Positions 8,643 through 18,685 of a stretch of 41,730 nucleotides of DNA are shown piece after piece. The stretch's first letter is position 1. Each line of letters begins with the position of its first letter. The position numbers and the translations under genes were made by a program. Source of the DNA: a virus (Duplodnaviria; Caudoviricetes); IMG/VR virus record IMGVR_UViG_3300025389_000038, positions 1-41,730 of that record. The stretch is one strand, 5' to 3'. Under the pieces are notes generated by a model, which was not told where the DNA came from, ran no database searches, and saw nothing but the letters and a program-made list of their open reading frames with translations.

Positions 8643-8981
8643 ATGAACATGGATGCCTTGTCAATGGTCAAACATGGGGATGTAGACAGCCTCAAAGCGT
8701 TCATTTTTGAAAATGGAACGCAGCACAAGACCTTTGCCGAGGCTTTGATGGACTTAGGCACGGTAATACCCCGTTTCCCGCTCTTAGATGCCAATCCAAA
8801 CGACCTAGAAGACTGGCTTTTGGCGCACCAAGTGGAGCATCAAAGCATGTCAGCAGCCCTAAATTTGAGCAATCCAATCAACCTTTTGGACACAAACTGG
8901 AACGATGAAGCCTCGTTTTATGATTGGTTAAGCACTCATCTTTTCTTGCATGAGCAAATAAAATCGGCACTTGGGATTTAA
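8643..8981 (+). CDS. Hypothetical virion-associated protein
   Basis: Compact ORF in late operon; repeated DWL..H motif. Confidence 0.6.
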   Translation: MNMDALSMVKHGDVDSLKAFIFENGTQHKTFAEALMDLGTVIPRFPLLDANPNDLEDWLLAHQVEHQSMSAALNLSNPINLLDTNWNDEASFYDWLSTHLFLHEQIKSALGI

Positions 8982-8982
8982 T

Positions 8983-9420
8983 ATGGAAAATCAAATGACT
9001 CCCCCCCCACCAAAAAATTTGCAAAATCCGCAACAGCCTGCTGCTGGGCGTATGAGCGAAATGGACATCATTTCTAAAAATGCTGCGGGTAAAGTTGACC
9101 CAAAAAACTTGTATGCCAGTTTGTCTCACGCTGTACAAACCAACCCAAATTTGCGAATTATGAGGGCTAACAACACTTTGTTTGTTTACTTTAACAAAGG
9201 TAACGGCAGCGTGGATGTGACGATGGAAACTGCTGATGACCCACGCAAAGTTGTTGACAGTATTAAACAATTTGGTCAAGCCATGAAAAAGGCCAATTTC
9301 AAAACACTCAAATTTCAAATTGAAAATCCTGACATTGTTAGGGCTATCAAAATGGCTGGGTTTGAGCCAACACTCAGCGGTGTTGCTGGGCAAAAAATGA
9401 CCGGAATTGTGGAGGTTTGA
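8983..9420 (+). CDS. Hypothetical protein
   Basis: ORF tightly packed in the operon. Confidence 0.6.
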   Translation: MENQMTPPPPKNLQNPQQPAAGRMSEMDIISKNAAGKVDPKNLYASLSHAVQTNPNLRIMRANNTLFVYFNKGNGSVDVTMETADDPRKVVDSIKQFGQAMKKANFKTLKFQIENPDIVRAIKMAGFEPTLSGVAGQKMTGIVEV

Positions 9421-9421
9421 T

Positions 9422-10477
9422 ATGGGTGGATTTGTTGATTCTGTTGTCAATACTGTGTCAGAGGCCGTATCTGGTCTTACTCCGCAAACAGGAGGCGGCG
9501 GTGGTGGCGGTGGATTTTTTGGAGGGTTTTTTGACTCTATAGGTTCAGCCATAACTGGCGCTGCAAATGACATAGGCGCTGTTGTTTCTGGAGTTGAAAA
9601 AGCCGGAGAAGAAGTTGTAGGCACAGTAGGCAAAACAGTAGAAAACATTGCCAAGAATCCTTTGCCTGTAATTGAAACCGTTGCTCTTATTTCGGCAGGT
9701 GTTGACCCTTCAACTGCTGGCGCTTTGGTAAACGCTGCAAACGGCGGTAGTCCAAAACAAATTGCTGCTTCTTATGTTGGCAGCGAATTGGCAAATGAAA
9801 CAGTTGGACCGGGTGGCGGCGTTACAACTGCGGCAGAACGTGGCGCTGTTGCAGGCGGCACAAGTGCTGCTTTGACAGGCAAAAACATCGCTCAAGGAGC
9901 GGCTGCTGGCGCTGGCACGGCTGGTATTTCCGCTGGTTTGCAAGCAGGATACAAAGCCACATTGCCAAACGAGACTGATTACAGTTTGACCTCGCCTACG
10001 CAAGCCCCCGGTACTGGCATCAATGCCGCAAAAGCAGGCAACCCATTCACCGACCAATACAGCCCAACAACTTATGAAGACGGTTTTGGAGGCGTGAAAG
10101 CAAATGCAAACACAGACGCAACCAGCTACGACATTGCAGCACCCGGAGACACAACTTCAGGTGTGCAAGCAAATGTCAACACAAACGCAACAACTGCACC
10201 AACCTTGTCTGGAATTGACAAAACCTTGGCAGACTACGTTGCTAAAGATATTGTCAGGCAAGCGTCAGGCTCATCAAATGCCACCAATCCCGCAACACCT
10301 GCTGTTTCTGCTGTAACAACAGGTTCTGCTGGCTCACAGCAATCTCCAAACGCCGTTACACCAGATGCTGCCGACCCCGGTGGTTTAGGTGCAAAAGAAG
10401 GCAAAATTGGAGGAAAATACCCTTGGGGCAACCCAGAGGGTACAACCGCATTGAAAGAAGAAGGGCAGGTGATTTGA
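9422..10477 (+). CDS. Putative internal virion / ejection (pilot) protein
   Basis: GGAGG SD; G/A-rich N-terminus (MGGFVDSVVNTVSEAVSG); located after the tail nozzle gene. Confidence 0.55.
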   Translation: MGGFVDSVVNTVSEAVSGLTPQTGGGGGGGGFFGGFFDSIGSAITGAANDIGAVVSGVEKAGEEVVGTVGKTVENIAKNPLPVIETVALISAGVDPSTAGALVNAANGGSPKQIAASYVGSELANETVGPGGGVTTAAERGAVAGGTSAALTGKNIAQGAAAGAGTAGISAGLQAGYKATLPNETDYSLTSPTQAPGTGINAAKAGNPFTDQYSPTTYEDGFGGVKANANTDATSYDIAAPGDTTSGVQANVNTNATTAPTLSGIDKTLADYVAKDIVRQASGSSNATNPATPAVSAVTTGSAGSQQSPNAVTPDAADPGGLGAKEGKIGGKYPWGNPEGTTALKEEGQVI

Positions 10478-11616
10478 TGGCTACGTTAGCAAAACTGCTG
10501 CAAGTGGACATGGACTTGCCCTCGATGGCAAAGCGCCTTGCTGCTGCTGGTCGCGGCAAAGATTCGATTCTTGCCCACATCAACCCAAAAGAGATGGCGT
10601 TGCTGAAAAAGCACGGCGGCTCTGGCAAGATCAATCCTAAAACAGGCATCATGGAGTTTGATGACTCAGTAGATTATTCTTCCGCTCCGGACGAAACAAC
10701 TGCCGAGACAAATCGTTTGGCTGCTGATAATCAAGCGGCCTCTGAAAGTCAAACACCTACACCTGATTACGGCGCACAAAACGAAGCTGCAAAGGCTGGC
10801 GCTATGGCTACGCCTGATTACTCTGCGTACACGCCAAGCGCTAACTTTACGCAACCATCACGCTCTATTCCAGCAACAACACCGTACACCGCGCCTGCGC
10901 CTGCCGCACCCGCAGTTGGACCATCACCTGCTGGCAACTACAACCCCAATGCTTCGCCTTCTACACCGGTATTTAATCCGGCAGATGCGTTGTCTGAAAC
11001 GCCAGAAAAACCCGGCTTTGTTGATCGTCTGACAAACGCAATTCAGCCTTACAGCGCCAGCGCAGAAAAACTTTCAAAAGCGCTTGACCCGTTTGCTCCC
11101 TACGCCAAACTTGCAACCCAGTTGTATGGTGGCTATCAGGCTCGTCAGCAAAGCAATCAAGCGGCAGATCAGGCGGCTAAGAATGAAGCAGAGATTCGTG
11201 CGCTGGCAAATCCTTATCAGCAACAGGCACAGCAAATTGGTCAACAAGGACAACAATTGATTGCTGCTGGTCAAGCCGGTCAATTGACTGCTGCTCAACA
11301 ACAACAATTGCAAGCGCAACGCGCTCAAATCATGCAACAACAGGCTACGTCTGGTGCAAGTGGCGGCACGGCAGACGTTCAGGCAGAGGCCATCTTGCAA
11401 CAACAAGCCGCTGCGTTTGCACAACAAAACGTCGCTCAGGGTGTTGCCTTGCTCAACGAAGCCGCGCAAATTCAAGGCGTTGCAGACAAATACATTACCG
11501 ACGCAATTCAAACAGGCTATCAACAAAGTGCTGATGCGGCTAAATTGGCTCAAAATTTTTACCAATCTCTTGGTTACAGCCTGCCTGAAAGCCAAACAAA
11601 AGCACCAAATCAATAA
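10477..11616 (+). CDS. Putative internal virion / ejection protein
   Basis: GRGKDSILAHINPKE..GGSGKINPKTGIMEF motif, Pro-rich linker, Q/A-rich helical C-terminal half. Confidence 0.55.
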   Translation: MATLAKLLQVDMDLPSMAKRLAAAGRGKDSILAHINPKEMALLKKHGGSGKINPKTGIMEFDDSVDYSSAPDETTAETNRLAADNQAASESQTPTPDYGAQNEAAKAGAMATPDYSAYTPSANFTQPSRSIPATTPYTAPAPAAPAVGPSPAGNYNPNASPSTPVFNPADALSETPEKPGFVDRLTNAIQPYSASAEKLSKALDPFAPYAKLATQLYGGYQARQQSNQAADQAAKNEAEIRALANPYQQQAQQIGQQGQQLIAAGQAGQLTAAQQQQLQAQRAQIMQQQATSGASGGTADVQAEAILQQQAAAFAQQNVAQGVALLNEAAQIQGVADKYITDAIQTGYQQSADAAKLAQNFYQSLGYSLPESQTKAPNQ

Positions 11617-11625
11617 GGCAAAAAC

Positions 11626-13230
11626 ATGGCAGTCGATTTTGGAAAATTTGATGTTGGGTCTGGCAACGATTGGGACGGTAGTCCTGCGCCCAAATTTCAA
11701 GACCCCAGACGGCTGGATTTGCCATCTGCTGCGCCTGCTGCACCTGCGCCTGCCGCTGTTCCTAAAACATTGGCAGGTAGCCCTGTGAATCCATCTGTGC
11801 CGGGCATTACTCCCAAGCTGCCTACAGGCGCTCCTCCCGCAATGACACCAGACCAAATGGTTGCCAATCCAAGTGCTTTTGGCGGCGCTGGTGTTAAAGA
11901 TATTGGTGCGCTGCAATCTGCTCAATTGCAATTAGGCACATCAGCCGCAAGCGAAGAAGCAAAGGCAAAAGTTGACCAAGCACAACAACTTGCCAATGCA
12001 GAAAAACAACGCACAGACTTGACAAAAGAATATGCTGATACTCAAAAACAATTGATTGAACAGCACAAACAAGATTTGAAAGAAGCGTCTGCTTTTGCGC
12101 CAACACCTGAACGCGCCAAAGACATTGCAAGCATTTTTAGCTTGCTGACACTTGCCACGTTTGGTTCTGGTGGTCGAGGCAAATATAGTGGTATGGCTGC
12201 TTTGCAAGCGATGACGGGTGCAATGAAGGGTTATCAACAAGGCCGTAAAGATGTGTTTGAGCGCGACCTCAAAACATACGAAGAAAACTTGAAAGCGCTT
12301 GAATCACACAACAAAAAAGTTGAAACTTTGTACAACGATGCCATGAAATTGATGGCAACGGACAAAGAGTTGGGGATGCAAAAGATTCAACAATTGATAG
12401 CGGAAGATAACACCGGTATCGTTTCTCGTCTTGCTCGTTCTGGTCAATACAAACAACTTGGCGAAGCAATTGGGACAATCACCAAATCTTTGGAAACTCT
12501 GCGAGAAAAACAGATGACCTTGGCAAACGAAAAAGCCAAGATTGACTACGAGTATCAAAAGAAAGCAGAGTTTGAAAAAGTCAAGGCTGGCAACAAATCT
12601 GCGGCTGATCGTTATGGGTTTGGTGATATTGTGGCTGGCGCGTCTAACGAAGCCGCTGCTGCTCTCAAGAATATTATGGGCTTGCCTTTCGACAGTAGTT
12701 CAGGCATTTTTGGCGGCAAGACAACCAACAGTTTGTTTACTGCTCCTCTTGATGCTATGGCAAACAAACTCACAACAGAGTCTGTGCAGCGATACAACGT
12801 GGAATCAGGCAAACTTGGTTTCAGCCTTGCTCAGTTGATGAGCGGTGGTCGTGTTGTGCGTCAAGGCGATATTGATGCCATGAACAAGATCATCACAGCC
12901 AAAGAAGGCGACACCATGAACACCGTGGCAACCAAAATTGCCGAAGCAAGGCAACTTGCTGAACGGACAATGGAAGTTCGCATGAAATCTCCCAACACAC
13001 CTCCCGGACTCAAAGAAGTTTTTGCAGAAAACTTACAAACAGTTCAGTCTGTTGTCCCATTTACTGTTGATGACATCAACGCAGCAGTCAAAGAAAAAGG
13101 CAAGAAAAAGACTTTTGGCGAAGCGCTTGGCGGCAAATACGTTGACACAACTGCGCCTGAAGAAAAATATTCTGATGCCGAAAAAGAGGCTCGTTATCAA
13201 CAATATTTGAAAGATCATCCAAATGACTGA
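11626..13230 (+). CDS. Putative ejection (DNA transfer) protein
   Basis: 534 aa, helical/coiled-coil with one hydrophobic segment; podovirus ejectosome position. Confidence 0.5.
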   Translation: MAVDFGKFDVGSGNDWDGSPAPKFQDPRRLDLPSAAPAAPAPAAVPKTLAGSPVNPSVPGITPKLPTGAPPAMTPDQMVANPSAFGGAGVKDIGALQSAQLQLGTSAASEEAKAKVDQAQQLANAEKQRTDLTKEYADTQKQLIEQHKQDLKEASAFAPTPERAKDIASIFSLLTLATFGSGGRGKYSGMAALQAMTGAMKGYQQGRKDVFERDLKTYEENLKALESHNKKVETLYNDAMKLMATDKELGMQKIQQLIAEDNTGIVSRLARSGQYKQLGEAIGTITKSLETLREKQMTLANEKAKIDYEYQKKAEFEKVKAGNKSAADRYGFGDIVAGASNEAAAALKNIMGLPFDSSSGIFGGKTTNSLFTAPLDAMANKLTTESVQRYNVESGKLGFSLAQLMSGGRVVRQGDIDAMNKIITAKEGDTMNTVATKIAEARQLAERTMEVRMKSPNTPPGLKEVFAENLQTVQSVVPFTVDDINAAVKEKGKKKTFGEALGGKYVDTTAPEEKYSDAEKEARYQQYLKDHPND

Positions 13231-14629
13231 GAACGAAGAATTTGAATTCCGCGCTCGTCGTGAGCGTGAACTCGCAAAAGCAAAACAATCTGAAAACGAA
13301 GAACCCGGCGTTGGTAAAAAGGCTGGGGCTTTTGCTTATGGCGCTACCACAGGTTTGTTGGGCGGTCTTGGTGAACTTGAAAAGTTTGGCGCTTATACAG
13401 CACCACAATATTTAGGTCTTCAAGAAAAAGGTCAACCAGAACCAACTTTGTTTCCAACAACACAAGATGTGCAAGGGTATCTTGGCAAGGTAGGAATTCA
13501 AAAGCCTGATGAAAACGTAAGCGGATACCGTGACGTTGGAGAGATTGTGGGCGGCTTTGGTACTTCTTTGCCATCTGCTTTGCGAGGCACGGCAAAAAGT
13601 TTGGTGGGCTTGTCATCCAAGGTTGGCGAAGAGTCTGCACAGGCTTTAGAGAAACTTGGTTTCAAACTTAGCCCTGCACAAGTTCGTCGATTTGAACCAA
13701 CAGGTCAAAAAGGCGCAACTAGTTTTGCTGAACACAACCAAGACCTTGCCAACAAACTGGCAACAGAAGGCACGGGCGAAAGCACCAAATCAATCTACCC
13801 CGGATTTATTGGCGGCAGGCTGCGTGATCTTGGTGAAGATTTCAACAGCCTGTATCGAGGCAAAGTTTTTAACATTGACCAAAAAGCCGTTGATGCCATC
13901 TCTAGGATTTCACAAGAGGAAGCGGCGCAAGTTGGCAATACTGGCGTGAGTGCGGTCAAGAAGGCCGCTGATGACATCATTCAAGGATTTGACAGTCTTG
14001 CTAGTCGTGCTGGTGCAAAACCCAACACTTTTGGCATTCAGGGCGAGGCTTTGCAAAGATTGCGTAATGCTTTGACTCAGACTGCACGGTCAACCAACCG
14101 TGTTAATGCACACGAGATTTACAACCTTGTGGACGAGATTGATGCGTCAATTGCTCGAAACCACAAAGATGTTGCCAAAACTTTGGATGAGTTGCGTCCC
14201 AAATACCGCAACGCCGTGATCTTGGAAGACTTGCAAAAGCAAGGCGGCATCCACAACGGAGACATCAGTCTTGACCGTTTAGGCCGTATGTTGGAGAAGC
14301 AAGGCTCAGAACGAGTCAAACATCCACGAGATATTGATGCGCTTGCTCAACACGCTAAGAACACACAGTTGCGTGGCATCTTTGAGCCATCTGGCACAAC
14401 TGCCACCGAAACAGGTAAAGCGCTTGAACAAGGTCTTGGCTCTAAACTAGGGTTAATACCTAAAGCGCTTGGAACACAAAGACGAGCCGCAAGGTCAGTC
14501 CAAAAGTTTTATTCCACTCCTTCAGGCGGCGCTGCCGAAGGTTTCCTAAAAGGTGAGGGCGTACCGGGTGCTACGGCAACCTCTGCGGGTACAGCATCTC
14601 GATTTGCAAACGAGGGAAACAATGAGTAA
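13223..14629 (+). CDS. Putative ejection (DNA transfer) protein
   Basis: 468 aa; Gly-rich amphipathic N-terminus (AGAFAYGATTGLLGGLG); overlaps upstream stop. Confidence 0.5.
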   Translation: MTENEEFEFRARRERELAKAKQSENEEPGVGKKAGAFAYGATTGLLGGLGELEKFGAYTAPQYLGLQEKGQPEPTLFPTTQDVQGYLGKVGIQKPDENVSGYRDVGEIVGGFGTSLPSALRGTAKSLVGLSSKVGEESAQALEKLGFKLSPAQVRRFEPTGQKGATSFAEHNQDLANKLATEGTGESTKSIYPGFIGGRLRDLGEDFNSLYRGKVFNIDQKAVDAISRISQEEAAQVGNTGVSAVKKAADDIIQGFDSLASRAGAKPNTFGIQGEALQRLRNALTQTARSTNRVNAHEIYNLVDEIDASIARNHKDVAKTLDELRPKYRNAVILEDLQKQGGIHNGDISLDRLGRMLEKQGSERVKHPRDIDALAQHAKNTQLRGIFEPSGTTATETGKALEQGLGSKLGLIPKALGTQRRAARSVQKFYSTPSGGAAEGFLKGEGVPGATATSAGTASRFANEGNNE

Positions 14630-14834
14630 GAAAAAAACAGCCGGGATAGACCCGGCTTTGGAGAAGGCAATTGGCAAACTGCTTGAGGAAACTGTAGCAG
14701 ACCCAACCGCCACTCTGACCGACAAGATGAAAATTATTGACAGAAGCCTCAAACTTGAAGCGCTCAAACTCAAAGTGAGTGATGATGCGTGGGGTTCTGG
14801 TTTCTTCGATGATGATGACGAGACAGAAACATAG
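14622..14834 (+). CDS. Hypothetical protein with acidic C-terminus
   Basis: GAGGG SD; ends GSGFFDDDDETET. Confidence 0.6.
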   Translation: MSKKKTAGIDPALEKAIGKLLEETVADPTATLTDKMKIIDRSLKLEALKLKVSDDAWGSGFFDDDDETET

Positions 14835-14843
14835 CGATATAAT
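14815..14843 (+). promoter_or_regulatory. Putative sigma70 promoter
   Basis: ATGACG-17 nt-TATAAT. Confidence 0.45.
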
Positions 14844-14862
14844 TGGGCTTTAACTCTTGGGG

Positions 14863-15117
14863 ATGAACATGGAAAAGAAAGTTGCTGCTCTTTTATCGCT
14901 GGCGTTAGGTGTAGTTACCGACAGATTGTTGACAATTGTTGCATTAGGGATGACTTTTGCTCTGGCAACATGGATAATGAACAATCCGGATTGGCTGCGG
15001 CTGTGTGCCTTTGGTGTGTTCTGCCTGTGTGTTTTTCTGCCAGTTCTTTACAAGGAGCGTAATCGTGAGCAAGCTATTTCAAACCAAGTGCATTCCGATG
15101 GAGATGCAGCATTCTAA
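14863..15117 (+). CDS. Small membrane protein (2-3 TM)
   Basis: Hydrophobic segments LLTIVALGMTFALATWIM and LCAFGVFCLCVFLPVLY. Confidence 0.6.
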   Translation: MNMEKKVAALLSLALGVVTDRLLTIVALGMTFALATWIMNNPDWLRLCAFGVFCLCVFLPVLYKERNREQAISNQVHSDGDAAF

Positions 15118-15334
15118 AGATGCCACTTTCCGTTCTGGCGACAAGCGAGTCCCTGTGGACGGTACGCTCCAATATCGCTGGGCTGACAGCATGGCGACCA
15201 TTCGCCCAGAGGTAAACCGCAAATTCATGGAGTCTTCGGGGCAGCACATTGCCAAGCACCCGATTGCTCCTGAGTCCAGCCCGTTCTATCAAACCGGCGG
15301 TACACGCCGTACAGAAAAAGCCATTAAGGAATAA
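15065..15334 (+). CDS. Hypothetical protein
   Basis: AAGGAG SD before GTG at 15065. Confidence 0.55.
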   Translation: MSKLFQTKCIPMEMQHSKDATFRSGDKRVPVDGTLQYRWADSMATIRPEVNRKFMESSGQHIAKHPIAPESSPFYQTGGTRRTEKAIKE

Positions 15335-15336
15335 TC

Positions 15337-17982
15337 ATGGCAGCAATCTCATCATTTGCACCCACCCCAATCAGCCAAGCCAACAGCCAAGCCCTATCTC
15401 TCAACAACCAGAGATCAGGCGCTTATGACGCTGTTGACAAGATGCGCGTGTCAACCCCCCAATCTTTGATCGACACCGACTTTGAATACGGTCAACAGTC
15501 ATCCAAGTGGGAGCAGGTGGCCTTGCAACAAAACCGTGCATCGTGCTATTACATCACCAACGCACCGCTTGCCGTCACTCAACTGATCGGAAACCAAACA
15601 AACAAATACCAACTTGCCCTGACACTTACTTCTAGTTCTGTCACGTATGCGGTTGGTACGCCCATCTTCATTCAAGACCCTGTGGATGCTAACGCTGCCG
15701 GCTGGGGATTGATTACAACTGCCAGCAGCTCTACGTCATACACCCTGACGATGCAAAACCAAGTGCTCACAAACGCTTGCTACTCGTCCACCTCGACGTA
15801 CATCTACGCTGGATACTTCTACAGCAACTGCGGTATTTCCGTGGCTGCTGCAAGCACCAGCGCGATCACGCTCTCAGGCTCGGCAATCACCGTCAACACG
15901 ACCTATGCTCACGGCTTGTCTGTCGGCTCGTTGGTCTACATCGTTGGCACAACTGGCGTGACAGGCTTGAACGCTCCTTGGGTGGTGGCTACTGTCCCCG
16001 CCCAAAACCAGTTCACCATCACATCCACCCTGACAGGCACGGCTACAACTCCCGGCGTTAGCGGCAACACTCAGGTTTGCGTGTATGCCCGTCCTGCTGG
16101 CGCTGTGACCGTCCGTGCATATGACGGCTCTGTCAACTTTACGGCTGGCTCGTCTGTGCCAAACGCAATTCTGTTCCGTCAGACTCGTCGTTATTTCCGT
16201 TACCAATCTGGCAAAGGCATCCAGTTCTCAACTGGCACAATCCTTTGCCCACAGATTCAGTTGCCTGTGCTGACCTCGTCTGGCAGCACGGTAACTGTGA
16301 CCACCAAGACAGCGCACAACTTGGCGATCAATACGTTTGTAACTGTGTCTGGCGCTGACCAGCAAGCCTACAACGGATACTTCCAAATCTTGTCTGTGCC
16401 TAGCACAACTACGTTTACTTATCAAACAGTCAACAACGTAGTCCCGACTGTGTCGCCAGCTACATCAACTGTCCCAAGCATCTTGCATGTGACTCCTACC
16501 AATTGGTTTGGCTCTAGCAACAAGATTGGTTTCTTTGACCAGCAAAACGGCATGTTCTTCCAGTATGACGGTCAGCAGTTGTATGCTGTCTTGCGTACCA
16601 GCGTGAATCAAATCCCAGGTCTGGTTGCTGTCAACCAAGGCTCTGGTACTGTCACCGGCACAAACACCGCTTTCTCTACCACCTTGGTGGTGGGCGACTA
16701 CATCGTTATGCGTGGTCAGTCTTATCGCGTGTTGTCAATCACAAGCGATACAAGCATTCAAATCTCTCCTGAGTACCGTGGCGCAAGCATCACCAACGCC
16801 ATCGTGTCTCGCACCATCGATACCAAAGTGCCTCAGTCACAATGGTATGACACACTTGATGGCAGCAACAGCCCACAAAACCCATCTGGCTACAAGATCG
16901 ACTTGACCAAGATTCAGATGTGGTACATCGACTATTCGTGGTACGGTGCTGGCGCTGTTCGTTTTGGTATTCGTACTGTCAACGGTGCGATCAACTACGT
17001 CTACACATTCCAGAACAACAACGTGCAGTATTCTGCATACTTGCGCTCTGGCAACATGACCAGCCACTACGAACAAAACAACGAGATTCAGACCACATTC
17101 TTGACAGCAAGCATTGGTACTGGCGACACCACAATTAACGTGGGCAGCACATTCGGGTTCAACCCCGCAGGCGGCACAGCCATCATTCGTGGCTCTGGTG
17201 TGTCAGGCGTGATCGAATACATCAAGTACACCAGCATAACCGGTACTCAGTTGCAAGGCGTGACTCGTGGACAAACTGGTGGCGCTGCGGCTACTGCGTT
17301 TACGTATTCAGCTACAGCCCCTGTGTCTGTGGAATACGCTGCTCCCGACACGGCTGCTCTGCTCTCGCATTGGGGTTCGTCTGTGGTGATGGATGGCGGC
17401 TTCAACAACGATGCCTCTGCCATTTACAACTACGGCATGACCACCGCCCTGTCTAGCCCCAACAGTACTGCTGCCGTGCCAATCATGGCAATCCGTATTG
17501 CTCCCTCTGTGGACAACGGGCAATCAGGTTTGTTTGGCTTGAAAGAGATCATCAACCGCTTGCAGTTGCAGTTGCGTGAGATCGCTGTAGTGACCAACAC
17601 TACATACCTTGTTCAATTGATTTTGAACGGTGTGCCTTCTGCCTTCTCTGGCTCGTTTGGTAGCGTTGCACAATCTGCCACCAACACAGACTCAATCTCG
17701 CAAGTTTCGGTGAACACAACCAACACGGTGACCATTTCTGGTGGTACATCTATTGCTGCGTTCTACAGCAACCCAAGCGGTCAAACAACATACGACTTGT
17801 CTTACATCGCGCCTATCGGTAACGCTGCGCTGGGTGGCGGCACATCTAACTCTGTGCCAACCACCCAAGCAAACGTATACCCAGATGGTCCTGACATCCT
17901 GTATGTTGTTGCTACAACGCCCACTGCTGGCGGGAGTAATACAATTCTTGCTCGGTTAAATTGGGTTGAATCTCAAGCCTAA
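15337..17982 (+). CDS. Large beta-rich virion protein (881 aa)
   Basis: AAGGA SD; RVSTPQSLIDTDFEYG and RQTRRYFRYQSGKG motifs; repeated HGL/HNL..V.I.G beta modules; DYSWYGAGAVRFG. Confidence 0.65.
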   Translation: MAAISSFAPTPISQANSQALSLNNQRSGAYDAVDKMRVSTPQSLIDTDFEYGQQSSKWEQVALQQNRASCYYITNAPLAVTQLIGNQTNKYQLALTLTSSSVTYAVGTPIFIQDPVDANAAGWGLITTASSSTSYTLTMQNQVLTNACYSSTSTYIYAGYFYSNCGISVAAASTSAITLSGSAITVNTTYAHGLSVGSLVYIVGTTGVTGLNAPWVVATVPAQNQFTITSTLTGTATTPGVSGNTQVCVYARPAGAVTVRAYDGSVNFTAGSSVPNAILFRQTRRYFRYQSGKGIQFSTGTILCPQIQLPVLTSSGSTVTVTTKTAHNLAINTFVTVSGADQQAYNGYFQILSVPSTTTFTYQTVNNVVPTVSPATSTVPSILHVTPTNWFGSSNKIGFFDQQNGMFFQYDGQQLYAVLRTSVNQIPGLVAVNQGSGTVTGTNTAFSTTLVVGDYIVMRGQSYRVLSITSDTSIQISPEYRGASITNAIVSRTIDTKVPQSQWYDTLDGSNSPQNPSGYKIDLTKIQMWYIDYSWYGAGAVRFGIRTVNGAINYVYTFQNNNVQYSAYLRSGNMTSHYEQNNEIQTTFLTASIGTGDTTINVGSTFGFNPAGGTAIIRGSGVSGVIEYIKYTSITGTQLQGVTRGQTGGAAATAFTYSATAPVSVEYAAPDTAALLSHWGSSVVMDGGFNNDASAIYNYGMTTALSSPNSTAAVPIMAIRIAPSVDNGQSGLFGLKEIINRLQLQLREIAVVTNTTYLVQLILNGVPSAFSGSFGSVAQSATNTDSISQVSVNTTNTVTISGGTSIAAFYSNPSGQTTYDLSYIAPIGNAALGGGTSNSVPTTQANVYPDGPDILYVVATTPTAGGSNTILARLNWVESQA

Positions 17983-18037
17983 GTTGTTGTGCTTTTCGGA
18001 AGCCTTCGTTGTGTCCCGCAATGTAGGCTTCCGTCAC
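17912..18037 (-). CDS. Small hypothetical protein
   Basis: GTGA coupling with the nuclease stop codon; EAYIAGHNEG motif; overlaps the 3' end of the convergent virion gene. Confidence 0.35.
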   Translation of the reverse strand: MTEAYIAGHNEGFRKAQQLRLEIQPNLTEQELYYSRQQWAL

Positions 18038-18354
18038 GATACGTCTAATATTCTCAATACGTACTTGTTCGTCTTGGCTGATTTTCTCCAGCCCCATATC
18101 TGAATTTTCCATCCCGCTTCCCTCACTTTCGGCAGCAGTTCGCTTGCCATGATTTTCTTGAGTCGTTCAGAAACCCCGCTGGCAGTCGCCTGCACAGCCA
18201 AGGTCTCATCCCGTTTGATTGCCAATATGTCGATAAACCCAAAAAGGTCTTGACGGATTCTGGCGTGTGGATTCCATTTCTCCACGATAGCAACGGTGTA
18301 GCCCTGCTCTCTCAGGACTTCCAACGTGCGGCTTGTTGGTGATTCTTTAGCCAT
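18034..18354 (-). CDS. PD-(D/E)XK nuclease, resolvase/VRR-NUC-like
   Basis: LREQGYTVAIVE..DLFGFIDILAIK..LAVQAT..GWKIQIWGW. Confidence 0.65.
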   Translation of the reverse strand: MAKESPTSRTLEVLREQGYTVAIVEKWNPHARIRQDLFGFIDILAIKRDETLAVQATASGVSERLKKIMASELLPKVREAGWKIQIWGWRKSAKTNKYVLRILDVS

Positions 18355-18683
18355 CAGAACGGCACATCATCATCTTCAACACGAATGTTGCGGTGCATAG
18401 GCGCAGGCTTGTTGAGTCCATACGTGCGGGGGTGCACCTCGCGTGGCTGGTTGTTCTCCAGCGCTTTCTTCTTGCTGTAGTTGTCTTCTTTGATCGACAG
18501 CAGGCTGTAGCCCATCTGAGTTTGCTTTTCCCAGATGCCAAACTTGAGTTTCTCGCCGGCAGCGTAGTCCATCTCCAAAGTGATGAAGCCTTGGTAGTCC
18601 GGCGCTTTGTCGCTGCGACGTTTCTCTGGTGGCTCGAAATAAGCAACTCCTGTGCCGGGACGAGGGATGTGTTGATTCGCCAT
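18354..18683 (-). CDS. Single-stranded DNA-binding-like protein
   Basis: APDYQG..GIWEK core and acidic EDDDVPF tail typical of SSBs; next to the recombinase module. Confidence 0.6.
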   Translation of the reverse strand: MANQHIPRPGTGVAYFEPPEKRRSDKAPDYQGFITLEMDYAAGEKLKFGIWEKQTQMGYSLLSIKEDNYSKKKALENNQPREVHPRTYGLNKPAPMHRNIRVEDDDVPF

Positions 18684-18685
18684 TT

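Noticed and set aside
9000-9512. Poly-C run and GGC/GGT repeats as phase-variation tracts
   Set aside because: They encode in-frame Pro and Gly runs in low-complexity termini, with no sign of frame disruption.
11074-11931. Long antisense ORFs (also 8878-9654 and 33934-34584)
   Set aside because: Antisense shadows of codon-biased structural genes; no SD or motifs.
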